DNA of 34,265 nucleotides from an uncultured Bacilli bacterium (GTDB taxonomy: Bacteria > Bacillota_I > Bacilli_A > RF39 > UBA660). The stretch spans positions 1-34,265 of the forward strand of contig CANPXI010000001.1 in NCBI GenBank assembly GCA_947585885.1, written 5' to 3'. The notes under the pieces were generated by a model. That model was given only the letters and a program-made list of their open reading frames with translations. It was not told the origin of the DNA and searched no databases. This document shows, one piece after another, positions 16,455 to 24,596 of this stretch (positions are counted from its first letter, which is position 1; the number at the start of each line of letters is the position of its first letter). The translations under genes and the position numbers were made by a program.

Positions 16455-17368
16455 TTAAAGTAAGTATAGTTGTACCAATTTATAACACAGGTAAATATTT
16501 ACCTAGATGTATTGAATCATTATTAAATCAAACTTTAAAAGAAATAGAAATAATACTAATAAATGATGGTTCTAAAGAAGACATAGATTCCATTATAAAA
16601 AAATATAAAGATGAAAGAATAAAATACATAAAAAAAGAAAACGAGGGAATAGGTAAAACAAGAAATCTTGGTATTAGCCTTGCAAAAGGTGAATACATAA
16701 TGTTTGTAGATTCAGATGACTTTGTAGAAGAATATTATTCTGAAAAACTATATAATGAAATAACAAAAACAAATAGTGATGTAGTTATAAGTAATTATTT
16801 TGAAGTTATAAATGGTAACAAAAAAGAAAAAAACTATCCATATTTTAACTCATCAAATCTTAAAGATAATCCTGAAATATTAAATAAGATAAATTTAAGC
16901 ACATGGAACAAAATATATAAAGCTTCTTTAATAAAAAATAATGACATAAAATTTGATGAAAAACTTAAATTTGAAGATGTACCTTTTATTGTTAAATCAC
17001 TTGAATGTGCACAAAAAATATCAAAAATTAATGATTTTATCTATGATTATATAATACATGAAAACAGTGAAACCACAACAATAGATAAAAGGATGTTTGA
17101 TATATTTAAAATTACTGACATAACATTTAATATTTTAAATAAAGAAGTATATAAAAAAGAAAGAACAAATCTTTTAGTACAAATAATTACATATAACATA
17201 ATGAATTTAAGAAACATAAGAGATATTAAAACAAAAATTAAATTTATAAACATAGCTTTTAAAAAATTAAAAGAATATGATAAAAATTGGAAAAAATGTG
17301 AATATATAAAAATAGTAAAAAAGAATAAACTTTTAACAACTTTATACTGCATAACTGCAAGAAGATAA
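16451..17368 (+). CDS. Family-2 glycosyltransferase (paralog of 12962..13900)
   Basis: MIKVSIVVPIYNTGKYLPRCIESLLNQT ... FVDSDDF. I prefer the ATG at 16451 (ATGA overlap with the upstream stop) to the track start at 16418. Confidence 0.85.
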   Translation: MIKVSIVVPIYNTGKYLPRCIESLLNQTLKEIEIILINDGSKEDIDSIIKKYKDERIKYIKKENEGIGKTRNLGISLAKGEYIMFVDSDDFVEEYYSEKLYNEITKTNSDVVISNYFEVINGNKKEKNYPYFNSSNLKDNPEILNKINLSTWNKIYKASLIKNNDIKFDEKLKFEDVPFIVKSLECAQKISKINDFIYDYIIHENSETTTIDKRMFDIFKITDITFNILNKEVYKKERTNLLVQIITYNIMNLRNIRDIKTKIKFINIAFKKLKEYDKNWKKCEYIKIVKKNKLLTTLYCITARR

Positions 17369-17376
17369 GTAATTGA

Positions 17377-17405
17377 TTGAAAAAAAATAACAATTAAGAT
17401 ATAAT
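17377..17405 (+). promoter_or_regulatory. Sigma-A-type promoter of the heptose operon
   Basis: TTGAAA (17377-17382), 17-nt spacer, TATAAT (17400-17405). The SD AGAGAGG is about 10 nt before the ATG at 17455. Confidence 0.65.
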
Positions 17406-17454
17406 GAAATTAGTGATAAAGTTATTAATTAAATAAAAGAGAGGTAAGAAGAAT

Positions 17455-18432
17455 ATGATAATAACAAAAACACCTTTTAGAGTAAGCCTATGTGGTGGAG
17501 GAAGTGACCTTCCAACTTTCTATGAAAAAAATGGAGGATGTGTAATTAGCACTACAATAAAAAAATACATGTATATAACATCTCATCCATCATTTAATAA
17601 ACATCAAACTGTACTTAAATATTCTAAAATAGAAACAGTAACAAACTTAGATGATATTGAACATTCAATCTTTAGAGAATGTCTTAAACAAGAAGGAGTA
17701 GAAGGACTAGAAATTACTTCTATAGCTGATGTTCCTCAAGGTACAGGCTTAGGTTCTTCAAGCTCATTTACAGTTGGACTTTTAAAAAATTTAAAATGTC
17801 ATAAAAGAGAATACATATCTGATTCAGAATTAGCAGAAATGGCATGTGATATGGAAATAAATAAACTAGGAAATCCAATTGGTAAACAAGATCAATATGC
17901 AGCTGCATTTGGTGGACTTAACTTTTATCAATTTAATAAAGATGGTTCAGTATATGTGGAACCAATAATGATGAGCAAAGAATCATATAATCAATTAGAA
18001 AAAAACTTAATAATGTTATATGTTGGTGGTGAACACAGTGCATCTTCTATTTTAAAAGAACAATCAAAGAATATGACTTCTCTTAAAGATAAAGAAGAAG
18101 GACAAAAAAGAATAGTAGAATTAACTCATGAATTAAAATATGAACTAGAACATAATAACATAGATGCAGTCGGTAGAATACTAGATGAAAACTGGAAAAT
18201 AAAGAAAACATTAGCAAACGGAATATCAAATAACGAATTTGATAGACTATATGGAAAAGCCATAAAAAATGGAGCAACTGGTGGAAAAATTTTAGGAGCT
18301 GGAGGAAGTGGTTTCTTCTTATTCTATGTTCCAGAAGAAAATCAAAAGAAATTTAGAGAAGCAATGAAAGAACTAAAAGAAATGGAATTTAAATTTGATC
18401 ATCAAGGATCAACAATAATATTTGTAAATTAA
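17455..18432 (+). CDS. hddA: GHMP-family sugar kinase, D-glycero-alpha-D-manno-heptose-7-phosphate kinase-like
   Basis: The N-terminus ITKTPFRVSLCGGGSDLP and the GHMP ATP loop PQGTGLGSSSSF match, and the gene sits with gmhA, gmhB and hddC. Confidence 0.75.
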   Translation: MIITKTPFRVSLCGGGSDLPTFYEKNGGCVISTTIKKYMYITSHPSFNKHQTVLKYSKIETVTNLDDIEHSIFRECLKQEGVEGLEITSIADVPQGTGLGSSSSFTVGLLKNLKCHKREYISDSELAEMACDMEINKLGNPIGKQDQYAAAFGGLNFYQFNKDGSVYVEPIMMSKESYNQLEKNLIMLYVGGEHSASSILKEQSKNMTSLKDKEEGQKRIVELTHELKYELEHNNIDAVGRILDENWKIKKTLANGISNNEFDRLYGKAIKNGATGGKILGAGGSGFFLFYVPEENQKKFREAMKELKEMEFKFDHQGSTIIFVN

Positions 18433-18444
18433 GGAGGAAAAAAT

Positions 18445-19380
18445 ATGAAAGCATTAGTAACAGGTGGAGCAGGATTTATTGGTTCACACTTAGTAGAAAG
18501 ATTATTAAATGAGGGTTATGAAGTTATATGTGTAGATAACTTCACACTAGGTACACAAGAAAGGGTAGATAAATTTATTAATAACTCTAATTATAAATTT
18601 TATAAAATAGATATTAATAACACTGAAGATTTTTGTAATCAATTAAAAGATGAAAAAATAGACATAATCTATCATCTAGCAGCAAATTCTGATATACAAA
18701 AAGGTGGAAAAAATCCAATGGTAGATTATAATGACACATTTATGACAACATTTAGTGTACTTGAATTAATGAGAAGAAACAACATAAAAAATCTATTCTT
18801 CTCTTCTACTTCAGCTATATATGGAGATGAAAAAGGACTATTAATGACAGAAGACTTAGGAGGATTAAAACCAATTTCGTATTATGGAGGAGCAAAATTT
18901 GCAAGTGAATCATTTATCTCTTCTTATTCTTACATGAATGATTTTAACACAATGATATTTAGATTCCCAAATGTAATAGGCCCAAGTCTAACACATGGAG
19001 TAATATTTGACTTTAAGAAAAAACTAGAAAAAAATCCTAATGAACTTGAAATATTAGGTGATGGAACTCAAACAAAACCATACATCTATGTATTAGATTT
19101 AATAGATGTAATAATGATGATGACAAAAGAAATACCAAAAGGTATTGAAATATATAATATAGGCGTTGAAACTGCTACAAGTGTAACTACAATAGCCGAC
19201 ATAGTTTGTGAAGAACTAGGATACCAAAATGTAAAATATAAATATACAGGTGGTAATGTAGGATGGAAAGGTGATGTTCCTAAATTTCAATTTGATTTAA
19301 CAAAAATTCATAATAAAGGATGGCATTCATCATATACATCAGATGAAGCTGTAAGAGAAACAGTAAGACACATAAAATAA
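18445..19380 (+). CDS. NAD-dependent epimerase/dehydratase (extended SDR), probably modifying the nucleotide-heptose
   Basis: TGGAGFIGSHL Rossmann motif and a YxxxK catalytic motif (YYGGAKFASE). Confidence 0.8.
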   Translation: MKALVTGGAGFIGSHLVERLLNEGYEVICVDNFTLGTQERVDKFINNSNYKFYKIDINNTEDFCNQLKDEKIDIIYHLAANSDIQKGGKNPMVDYNDTFMTTFSVLELMRRNNIKNLFFSSTSAIYGDEKGLLMTEDLGGLKPISYYGGAKFASESFISSYSYMNDFNTMIFRFPNVIGPSLTHGVIFDFKKKLEKNPNELEILGDGTQTKPYIYVLDLIDVIMMMTKEIPKGIEIYNIGVETATSVTTIADIVCEELGYQNVKYKYTGGNVGWKGDVPKFQFDLTKIHNKGWHSSYTSDEAVRETVRHIK

Positions 19381-19390
19381 AGAGGTAAAT

Positions 19391-20695
19391 ATGAAAGCAA
19401 TAATAATGGCCGGAGGAAAAGGCACAAGAATTTCTTCTATAACTCAAGACGAAATACCTAAACCAATGTTAACAATAGGGAATAAACCAATACTTGAGCA
19501 TCAAATAGAATGCTTAAAATCATCTAATATAGATGAAGTAATAATAATAATCGGACATTTAGGAGAAAAAATATCTGAATACTTTAAAGATGGTAAAGAT
19601 TTTGGAATAAAAATATCATATATAAAAGAAGATCCAAATAATCCACTTGGAACTGCAGGATCATTATATTACTTAAAAGATAGAATTAAAGAAGATTTTA
19701 TTCTAATTTTTGGTGATGTATTTTTAAGTGTAGATTTTAACAAAATGATAGAATTTCATAAAAAATCTAAAGGTGACGTAACATTACTTACACATCCAAA
19801 CTCACACCCATTTGATAGTGACTTAGTAATAATAGATAAAAATAATCAAGTATTAGGTTTTGATTCAAAAAATAATATTAGAAACTATAATTATCATAAT
19901 CTTGTAAATACAGGAATATACATGTTTACTCCAAAAATTTTTGAATACATTAAAGAGCCTATTAAACTAGGAATTGAACATGATGTTATTGATAAAATGT
20001 TAAAAGATAACGTTAAAATATATTCGTATAAATCGACTGAATATATGAAAGATATGGGAACTCCAGATAGATATTTACAAGTTAATGAAGATTATAAAAA
20101 TGGCATTTGTACTAAAAAAAATCTTTCTAATAAACAAAAATGTATATTTTTAGATAGAGATGGTACATTAATTAAGTATGTAAGATTTTTAAATAAAAAA
20201 GAAGATCTTGAATTATTAAGTAATGTTGCAAGTGCAATAAAACTTATTAATAATAGTGAATATTTATGTATAGTTGTAACAAATCAACCAGTAATTGCAA
20301 GAGGTGAATGTACCTTAGAAGAATTAGAAGAAATACATAAAAAACTAGAAACATTACTAGGAAATGACGGAGCTTATTTAGATGGAATATATTATTGTCC
20401 ACATCATCCTGATAAAGGTTTTCCTGGAGAAATTAAAGAACTTAAAATTAATTGTAATTGCAGAAAACCAAATACAGGTATGATAGATAAAGCAGTAGAA
20501 GATTTTAACATAGAACTAAAAGACTCTATTATGATTGGTGATAGCACTACAGATATTGCTCTTGCAAAAAATGCTGGAATAAAATCAATATTAGTTTTAA
20601 CAGGTGAAAGAGGTAAAGATAATAAATATGATGTAACACCAGATGAAACATATGATGATTTATATTGTGCTGTAAAAAAATTAGTAAAGGAATAA
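19391..20695 (+). CDS. Bifunctional heptose-1-phosphate nucleotidyltransferase (HddC-like) fused to D,D-heptose-1,7-bisphosphate phosphatase (GmhB-like HAD)
   Basis: The N-terminus is MKAIIMAGGKGTRI...GTAGSL (sugar-1-P nucleotidyltransferase). The C-terminal half carries HAD motifs FLDRDGTLI, VVTNQ, the CPHHPD...CNCRKPNTGM Zn site and IGDSTTDIALAKNAG. Confidence 0.8.
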   Translation: MKAIIMAGGKGTRISSITQDEIPKPMLTIGNKPILEHQIECLKSSNIDEVIIIIGHLGEKISEYFKDGKDFGIKISYIKEDPNNPLGTAGSLYYLKDRIKEDFILIFGDVFLSVDFNKMIEFHKKSKGDVTLLTHPNSHPFDSDLVIIDKNNQVLGFDSKNNIRNYNYHNLVNTGIYMFTPKIFEYIKEPIKLGIEHDVIDKMLKDNVKIYSYKSTEYMKDMGTPDRYLQVNEDYKNGICTKKNLSNKQKCIFLDRDGTLIKYVRFLNKKEDLELLSNVASAIKLINNSEYLCIVVTNQPVIARGECTLEELEEIHKKLETLLGNDGAYLDGIYYCPHHPDKGFPGEIKELKINCNCRKPNTGMIDKAVEDFNIELKDSIMIGDSTTDIALAKNAGIKSILVLTGERGKDNKYDVTPDETYDDLYCAVKKLVKE

Positions 20696-20696
20696 T

Positions 20697-21424
20697 ATGA
20701 AAATAATCAAAAAAATAGTAAATAAAATAATATATGAAAAACCCACAACTTTTGTTTGTAACGGGGGGGTAATATTATTTACTTTGAAGGGAAACAAATC
20801 TCTTTACAAGAAGTACCAAAATATAACATAAAAATTAATGGAAAAAATAACATATTAAAATTAAATCCAATAAAAGGAGATGGAATAATAAATTTAGAAG
20901 TTTCAGGAGATAATTGCCTTTTTGAAATAGGAAAAAATAATACAATTAATAACCCAGTAACTATAATGTTTTGTGGAACAAGTGCTAGAAAGGCAAGTCA
21001 TGCAAAAATAATAATTAAAGATAATAATATATTTAATGGTTCTAATAATTTGATAATTGGACCATTAGATAAAAAACTTGAAATAGGTAATAATAATTTA
21101 TTTGCTAACCATATAATATTTAGATGCAGAAACGACCATTTAATTTATGATAAAGAAAGTTTAGAAATATTAAATATAGATAAAGATGTAATAATAGGAG
21201 ATAACAATTGGATATGTGAATATGTGACATTTTTACCAAAAGCAAAAATCAAAAATAACACTGTTGTATCAACAGGGACAATCGTAAACAAAGAAATAAA
21301 TGAATCTAATGTTTTATTAGTAGGAAGACCAGTTACAATAAAAAGAAGAAATATTAATTGGAGTATATCTTCTAGTAAAGAAAAAATTGATTATGATAAT
21401 TCTATCAAATTAAAGGAGGAATGA
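20697..21424 (+). pseudogene. Hexapeptide-repeat acetyltransferase disrupted by three frameshifts in its first ~185 nt
   Basis: The ATG at 20697 (SD AAAGGA) opens MKIIKKIVNKIIYEKPTTFVCNGG. The frame breaks at the G7 tract (20763-20769), then at CCAAAT (~20818-20821), then at GATTGG (~20878-20883). Joining the pieces gives a continuous ...GGNIIYFEGKQISLQEVP(K)YNIKINGKNNILKLNPIKGDGIINLEVSGDNCLFEIGKNN... that runs into the track ORF 20966..21424, which has beta-helix repeats such as IIGDNNWICEYVTFLPKAKIKNNTVV. Confidence 0.6.
20763..20769 (+). repeat. Poly-G homopolymer (G7)
   Basis: acGGGGGGGtaat. One extra G (G8), or two fewer, would join the first two reading-frame segments. Confidence 0.95.
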
Positions 21425-21427
21425 TAA

Positions 21428-22039
21428 ATGATAGATTTTAAAAATGCAATTAAAGAATATTATGAAAGAGAAATGGAATGCATCAAAAGATTCGATTTAG
21501 ACAAAATTAATGAAGCAATGAATATTCTCTATGAAACATATCAAAATGAAGGGACTATATATGTATGTGGTAATGGTGGTTCAGCTTCAACTGCAAGTCA
21601 TATGCAAAACGATTTTAATAAAGGCATAAGTGAATATGTAGATAAAAAATTTAATTTCTATTGTTTAAATGATAATGTATCAACTATGATGGCTATTGCA
21701 AATGATATAGGATATGAGGAAATATTCAGATTCCAAATAAAAAATAAAATAAAACCTAATGATTTATTTATAGGAATCTCAGGAAGTGGAAACTCAAAAA
21801 ATGTTTTAAATGCAGCTGAATATGCAAAAGAACAAGGTGCTAAAGTTTTAGGAATAACTGGATACTCTGGTGGAAAATTAAAAGAAATGTCAGATTATTC
21901 AATGCATGTTGATGAAAATGATATGCAAATAGCAGAAGACTTACATATGACTTTTGATCATATGATGATGAAAATATTTTATAATTATCTAACCAAAGGT
22001 GAAATATCAGGACAAAACATAAATGATGTTCATTGTTAA
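21428..22039 (+). CDS. gmhA: Phosphoheptose (sedoheptulose-7-phosphate) isomerase, SIS domain
   Basis: VCGNGGSASTASHMQNDF, GISGSGNSKNV and a C-terminal AEDLHMTFDHMM motif. AAGGAGG SD. Confidence 0.85.
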   Translation: MIDFKNAIKEYYEREMECIKRFDLDKINEAMNILYETYQNEGTIYVCGNGGSASTASHMQNDFNKGISEYVDKKFNFYCLNDNVSTMMAIANDIGYEEIFRFQIKNKIKPNDLFIGISGSGNSKNVLNAAEYAKEQGAKVLGITGYSGGKLKEMSDYSMHVDENDMQIAEDLHMTFDHMMMKIFYNYLTKGEISGQNINDVHC

Positions 22040-22044
22040 TAATT

Positions 22045-22066
22045 AGAGGCTAAAAACCTCTTTTTT
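22045..22066 (+). terminator. Probable terminator after gmhA
   Basis: AGAGG (22045-22049), 7-nt loop, CCTCT (22057-22061), then a T run to 22066. The stem is short. Confidence 0.5.
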
Positions 22067-22107
22067 ATACATTTTAATAATCAATATGAATATTTTAAAA
22101 CAGAAAC

Positions 22108-23973
22108 CTAATCAAGTTTCTGTTTAATTTCTTTAATCTCATCTTCTATATTTTTTACTTTTTCATTATAAACATATATTTTATCATTAATTCTAATTTC
22201 TACTTTATTCATAATTTTATTATAAATAGGTCTTATAAATTTATTAATAAATTTTCTTATAATATTAGTATCAAAATTCTTTTCTCTTTTTAAAATATAT
22301 AAAAGAGCATTTTTTGAATAAAAATTACTTTTTTCATTTAGTGATATTAATTTTTTAAAAAAGTTTTTTTCTATAATTTTATATTCATTTAAATTATAAC
22401 ATCTATCGTAATTAATTTGTCTTCTACCCTGTAACATTTCAAGTTCATCATTTGATGCATCATAATTTAAATTTTCTTTTAATTGTTTTTTTATTATATT
22501 TAAATGCGAACTATGAATTTTATTTTCATATTTATAATTAGTTAATGAATCATTAGTGCCATTTCTATAAATTAATAAAATATCTTTAATATTAGCAATT
22601 TTAAAATATTTAATACATCTACTCCATAATTCATAATCTTCTGTATAATAATTGGAATCATATCTTAAATTAAATTGATTTAACATGCTTTTTCTAAACA
22701 TTACAGAAGGATGAATAACTGGCGTTTTTATTAAAGTTAAAACTTTTAATATTTCACTGTTAGTTTCAACAAGTAAATCAAAATTATTTTTTCCATACAT
22801 TCGTGCACTTGTTCCACATAATCCTACATCTTTATTTTTTTCTAAAAATTTAACTTGCATTTCGATTCTTCTAGGAAATGAAATATCATCGTCATCCATT
22901 CTAGCAATATATACACCATTTGAATTATCAATAGCGACATTTAATGACTTAGCTAATCCTAATCTAGTTTTATTTTTAATAATTTTAATTCTATCGTCAT
23001 TATAACTTTTAATAATTTTTTCTATTTTATCTTGCTTATCTGATTTATCAATGACGATAACAAATTCAAGATTGTTATAAGTTTGAGATAAAATACTTTT
23101 TATAGATTCATCTAAAAATTCTGTTCTATCATATACAGTCAATGCTATAGAAACTAAAGGCAATTTATTATTAATAAAGTTATTTTTTAATTTTTTTAAT
23201 CTAATTAAATTATTTTGATTCCATTCTGGAAATTGTTTCATGATTTCAAAATTATTCCAAAATTTCTTTTCTCCGTAAGCATGAACGATTCTAACGTCCT
23301 TATCGGGGGTAACATAAGGTGGCCAACAACAATATTTAATAATATCTATCTCTTCAACATCAATTTTAAAATTTTGAATAGCTAAATTAATAATTGCTTG
23401 ATCTAGCCATCTTAACTTTTCTGCGTAAAGATTAGTTGATTTAATACACCATTCAAACATTTCATCATAATTTTTTAACTTGTCTGAAAAAACCAGTATA
23501 CCAGTATTATAATTTCTTTTTAACATATCAAAATTTTCTATAAAAGTATTAAAATTAGCTTCAACCCTAGTATAATTATCTGAAGCAGTTGCAGCAAACC
23601 CAGTTTCATTAGCATAATCTAATAAACCTGAAATATCCCCTTGAATTAAAATATCAACATCATTCCAAATAACTTTTTTATACTTTTTTAATAATTCAAA
23701 ACACATAAATTTATATAAACAAGCGACAGAATATTTTTTTAAATTTTCTTTTGATAATCTCGTTACATCAAAAACATCATCAAATTTAATAAACTTAACT
23801 GGAGTAATATTATTTACTTCTTTTATTTCACATTCATTAATCTCATCGTAATATACAATAATATCATCCCAAAATTTTTTATTATGATTAACTAATCCAA
23901 TAAGAGTATTAATAAGTGCAAAAACATAGTCACTAGTAATACCAAAAACTAAAACAGTATCTTTCTTTTTCAT
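22108..23973 (-). CDS. Bifunctional glycosyltransferase: N-terminal GT8 (LgtC-like) plus C-terminal GT2, with a coiled-coil tail
   Basis: GT8 motifs: NDVDILIQGD (DxD), YNTGILVF, DQAIINL, HAYGEKKFW (H..G..KPW-like). GT2 motifs: LVSIALTVYDRTEFLDESIKSILSQTY and ARMDDDDISFPRRIEMQ. This is the only complete - strand gene inside the glycan locus. Confidence 0.8.
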   Translation of the reverse strand: MKKKDTVLVFGITSDYVFALINTLIGLVNHNKKFWDDIIVYYDEINECEIKEVNNITPVKFIKFDDVFDVTRLSKENLKKYSVACLYKFMCFELLKKYKKVIWNDVDILIQGDISGLLDYANETGFAATASDNYTRVEANFNTFIENFDMLKRNYNTGILVFSDKLKNYDEMFEWCIKSTNLYAEKLRWLDQAIINLAIQNFKIDVEEIDIIKYCCWPPYVTPDKDVRIVHAYGEKKFWNNFEIMKQFPEWNQNNLIRLKKLKNNFINNKLPLVSIALTVYDRTEFLDESIKSILSQTYNNLEFVIVIDKSDKQDKIEKIIKSYNDDRIKIIKNKTRLGLAKSLNVAIDNSNGVYIARMDDDDISFPRRIEMQVKFLEKNKDVGLCGTSARMYGKNNFDLLVETNSEILKVLTLIKTPVIHPSVMFRKSMLNQFNLRYDSNYYTEDYELWSRCIKYFKIANIKDILLIYRNGTNDSLTNYKYENKIHSSHLNIIKKQLKENLNYDASNDELEMLQGRRQINYDRCYNLNEYKIIEKNFFKKLISLNEKSNFYSKNALLYILKREKNFDTNIIRKFINKFIRPIYNKIMNKVEIRINDKIYVYNEKVKNIEDEIKEIKQKLD

Positions 23974-24062
23974 AAGTACCCTCTTTCAAAAAATATCATA
24001 ACATAATTATTTAAATAAAAAAAGTTATTTATTTAAATACACTAGTAATAATAAATTAAGTG

Positions 24063-24071
24063 TGATAAAAT
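24063..24071 (+). promoter_or_regulatory. Extended -10-like element (TGaTAAAAT) upstream of gtrA
   Basis: TG at 24063-24064 and TAAAAT at 24066-24071, within a 146-nt divergent intergenic region. Confidence 0.35.
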
Positions 24072-24152
24072 TCTACATAGACGATGTGTTTTAAGCGTTA
24101 GGTTTACATTGAAAGAGAGGTGCAGTTAGGTAATTATATACCTAGCAAATCA

Positions 24153-24596
24153 ATGGCAATAAAAAAGAGCATATTAAAAATGTATGACAAATATGAAGAA
24201 TTAATAAATTATTTAATAATTGGTGTTATAACAACTATTATTAGCTTATCAGTTTATTATTTATGTGTATTTACTATATTAAATCCAAATAATCCTATTC
24301 TTTTACAAATTGCTAATATCTTATCTTGGGTTTCAGGATTAATATTTGCATATATTGCAAATAGAAAAATTGTTTTTAAAAGCAAAGAAAAAAATATAGC
24401 AAAAGAATTAACAAAATTTACTATTGGTAGAATATCAACACTACTAATAGACATGTTAATAATGTTTATAAGTGTTACATTACTAAATTTAAATGATAAA
24501 ATAATGAAAATAATATCTAATATAGTTATAATAGTTTTAAATTATATATTAAGTAAATTTATAGTATTCAAAAAGGGTGATGGAGGTTTATTATGA
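24153..24596 (+). CDS. gtrA: GtrA-family small membrane protein (candidate polyprenyl-phosphate-sugar flippase)
   Basis: Four TMs with the family-typical YIANRKIVFKS and NYILSKFIVFKK motifs. The start is uncertain: the track uses GTG 24120, and in-frame ATGs lie at 24153 and 24180. Confidence 0.75.
   Translation: MAIKKSILKMYDKYEELINYLIIGVITTIISLSVYYLCVFTILNPNNPILLQIANILSWVSGLIFAYIANRKIVFKSKEKNIAKELTKFTIGRISTLLIDMLIMFISVTLLNLNDKIMKIISNIVIIVLNYILSKFIVFKKGDGGLL

Noticed and set aside
20740-20900. Explaining the three frameshifts purely as homopolymer sequencing errors.
   Set aside because: This cannot be excluded without reads. However, dozens of A7-A9 runs inside other ORFs in the window are in frame, and two of the three breaks are in very short runs (A3, T2). 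I therefore report it as a probable pseudogene and list read-level verification as the test.
20966-21424. Treating the 152-aa track ORF as an intact stand-alone acetyltransferase gene.
   Set aside because: Its frame is open upstream to 20873 with no start or SD there. The preceding 170 nt encode, in two other frames, the missing N-terminal beta-helix turns, and these follow a proper SD/ATG at 20697. It is better described as the 3' part of a frameshifted gene.
22098-22125. A perfect 10-bp inverted repeat, AAACAGAAAC-N8-GTTTCTGTTT, spanning the stop codon of the - strand GT8::GT2 gene, considered as its intrinsic terminator.
   Set aside because: No U-tract follows it on the - strand (the downstream sequence is UAAAAUA), and only a weak one follows on the + strand. 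It may still pause or stabilise convergent transcripts, but I do not call it a terminator.
24000-24060. AT-rich palindromes (TTATTTAAATAA, ATTTAAAT) in the divergent intergenic region, considered as inverted repeats of an invertible promoter switch.
   Set aside because: They are short, pure-AT and expected by chance at this base composition. No longer flanking inverted repeats and no site-specific recombinase gene are present in the window.
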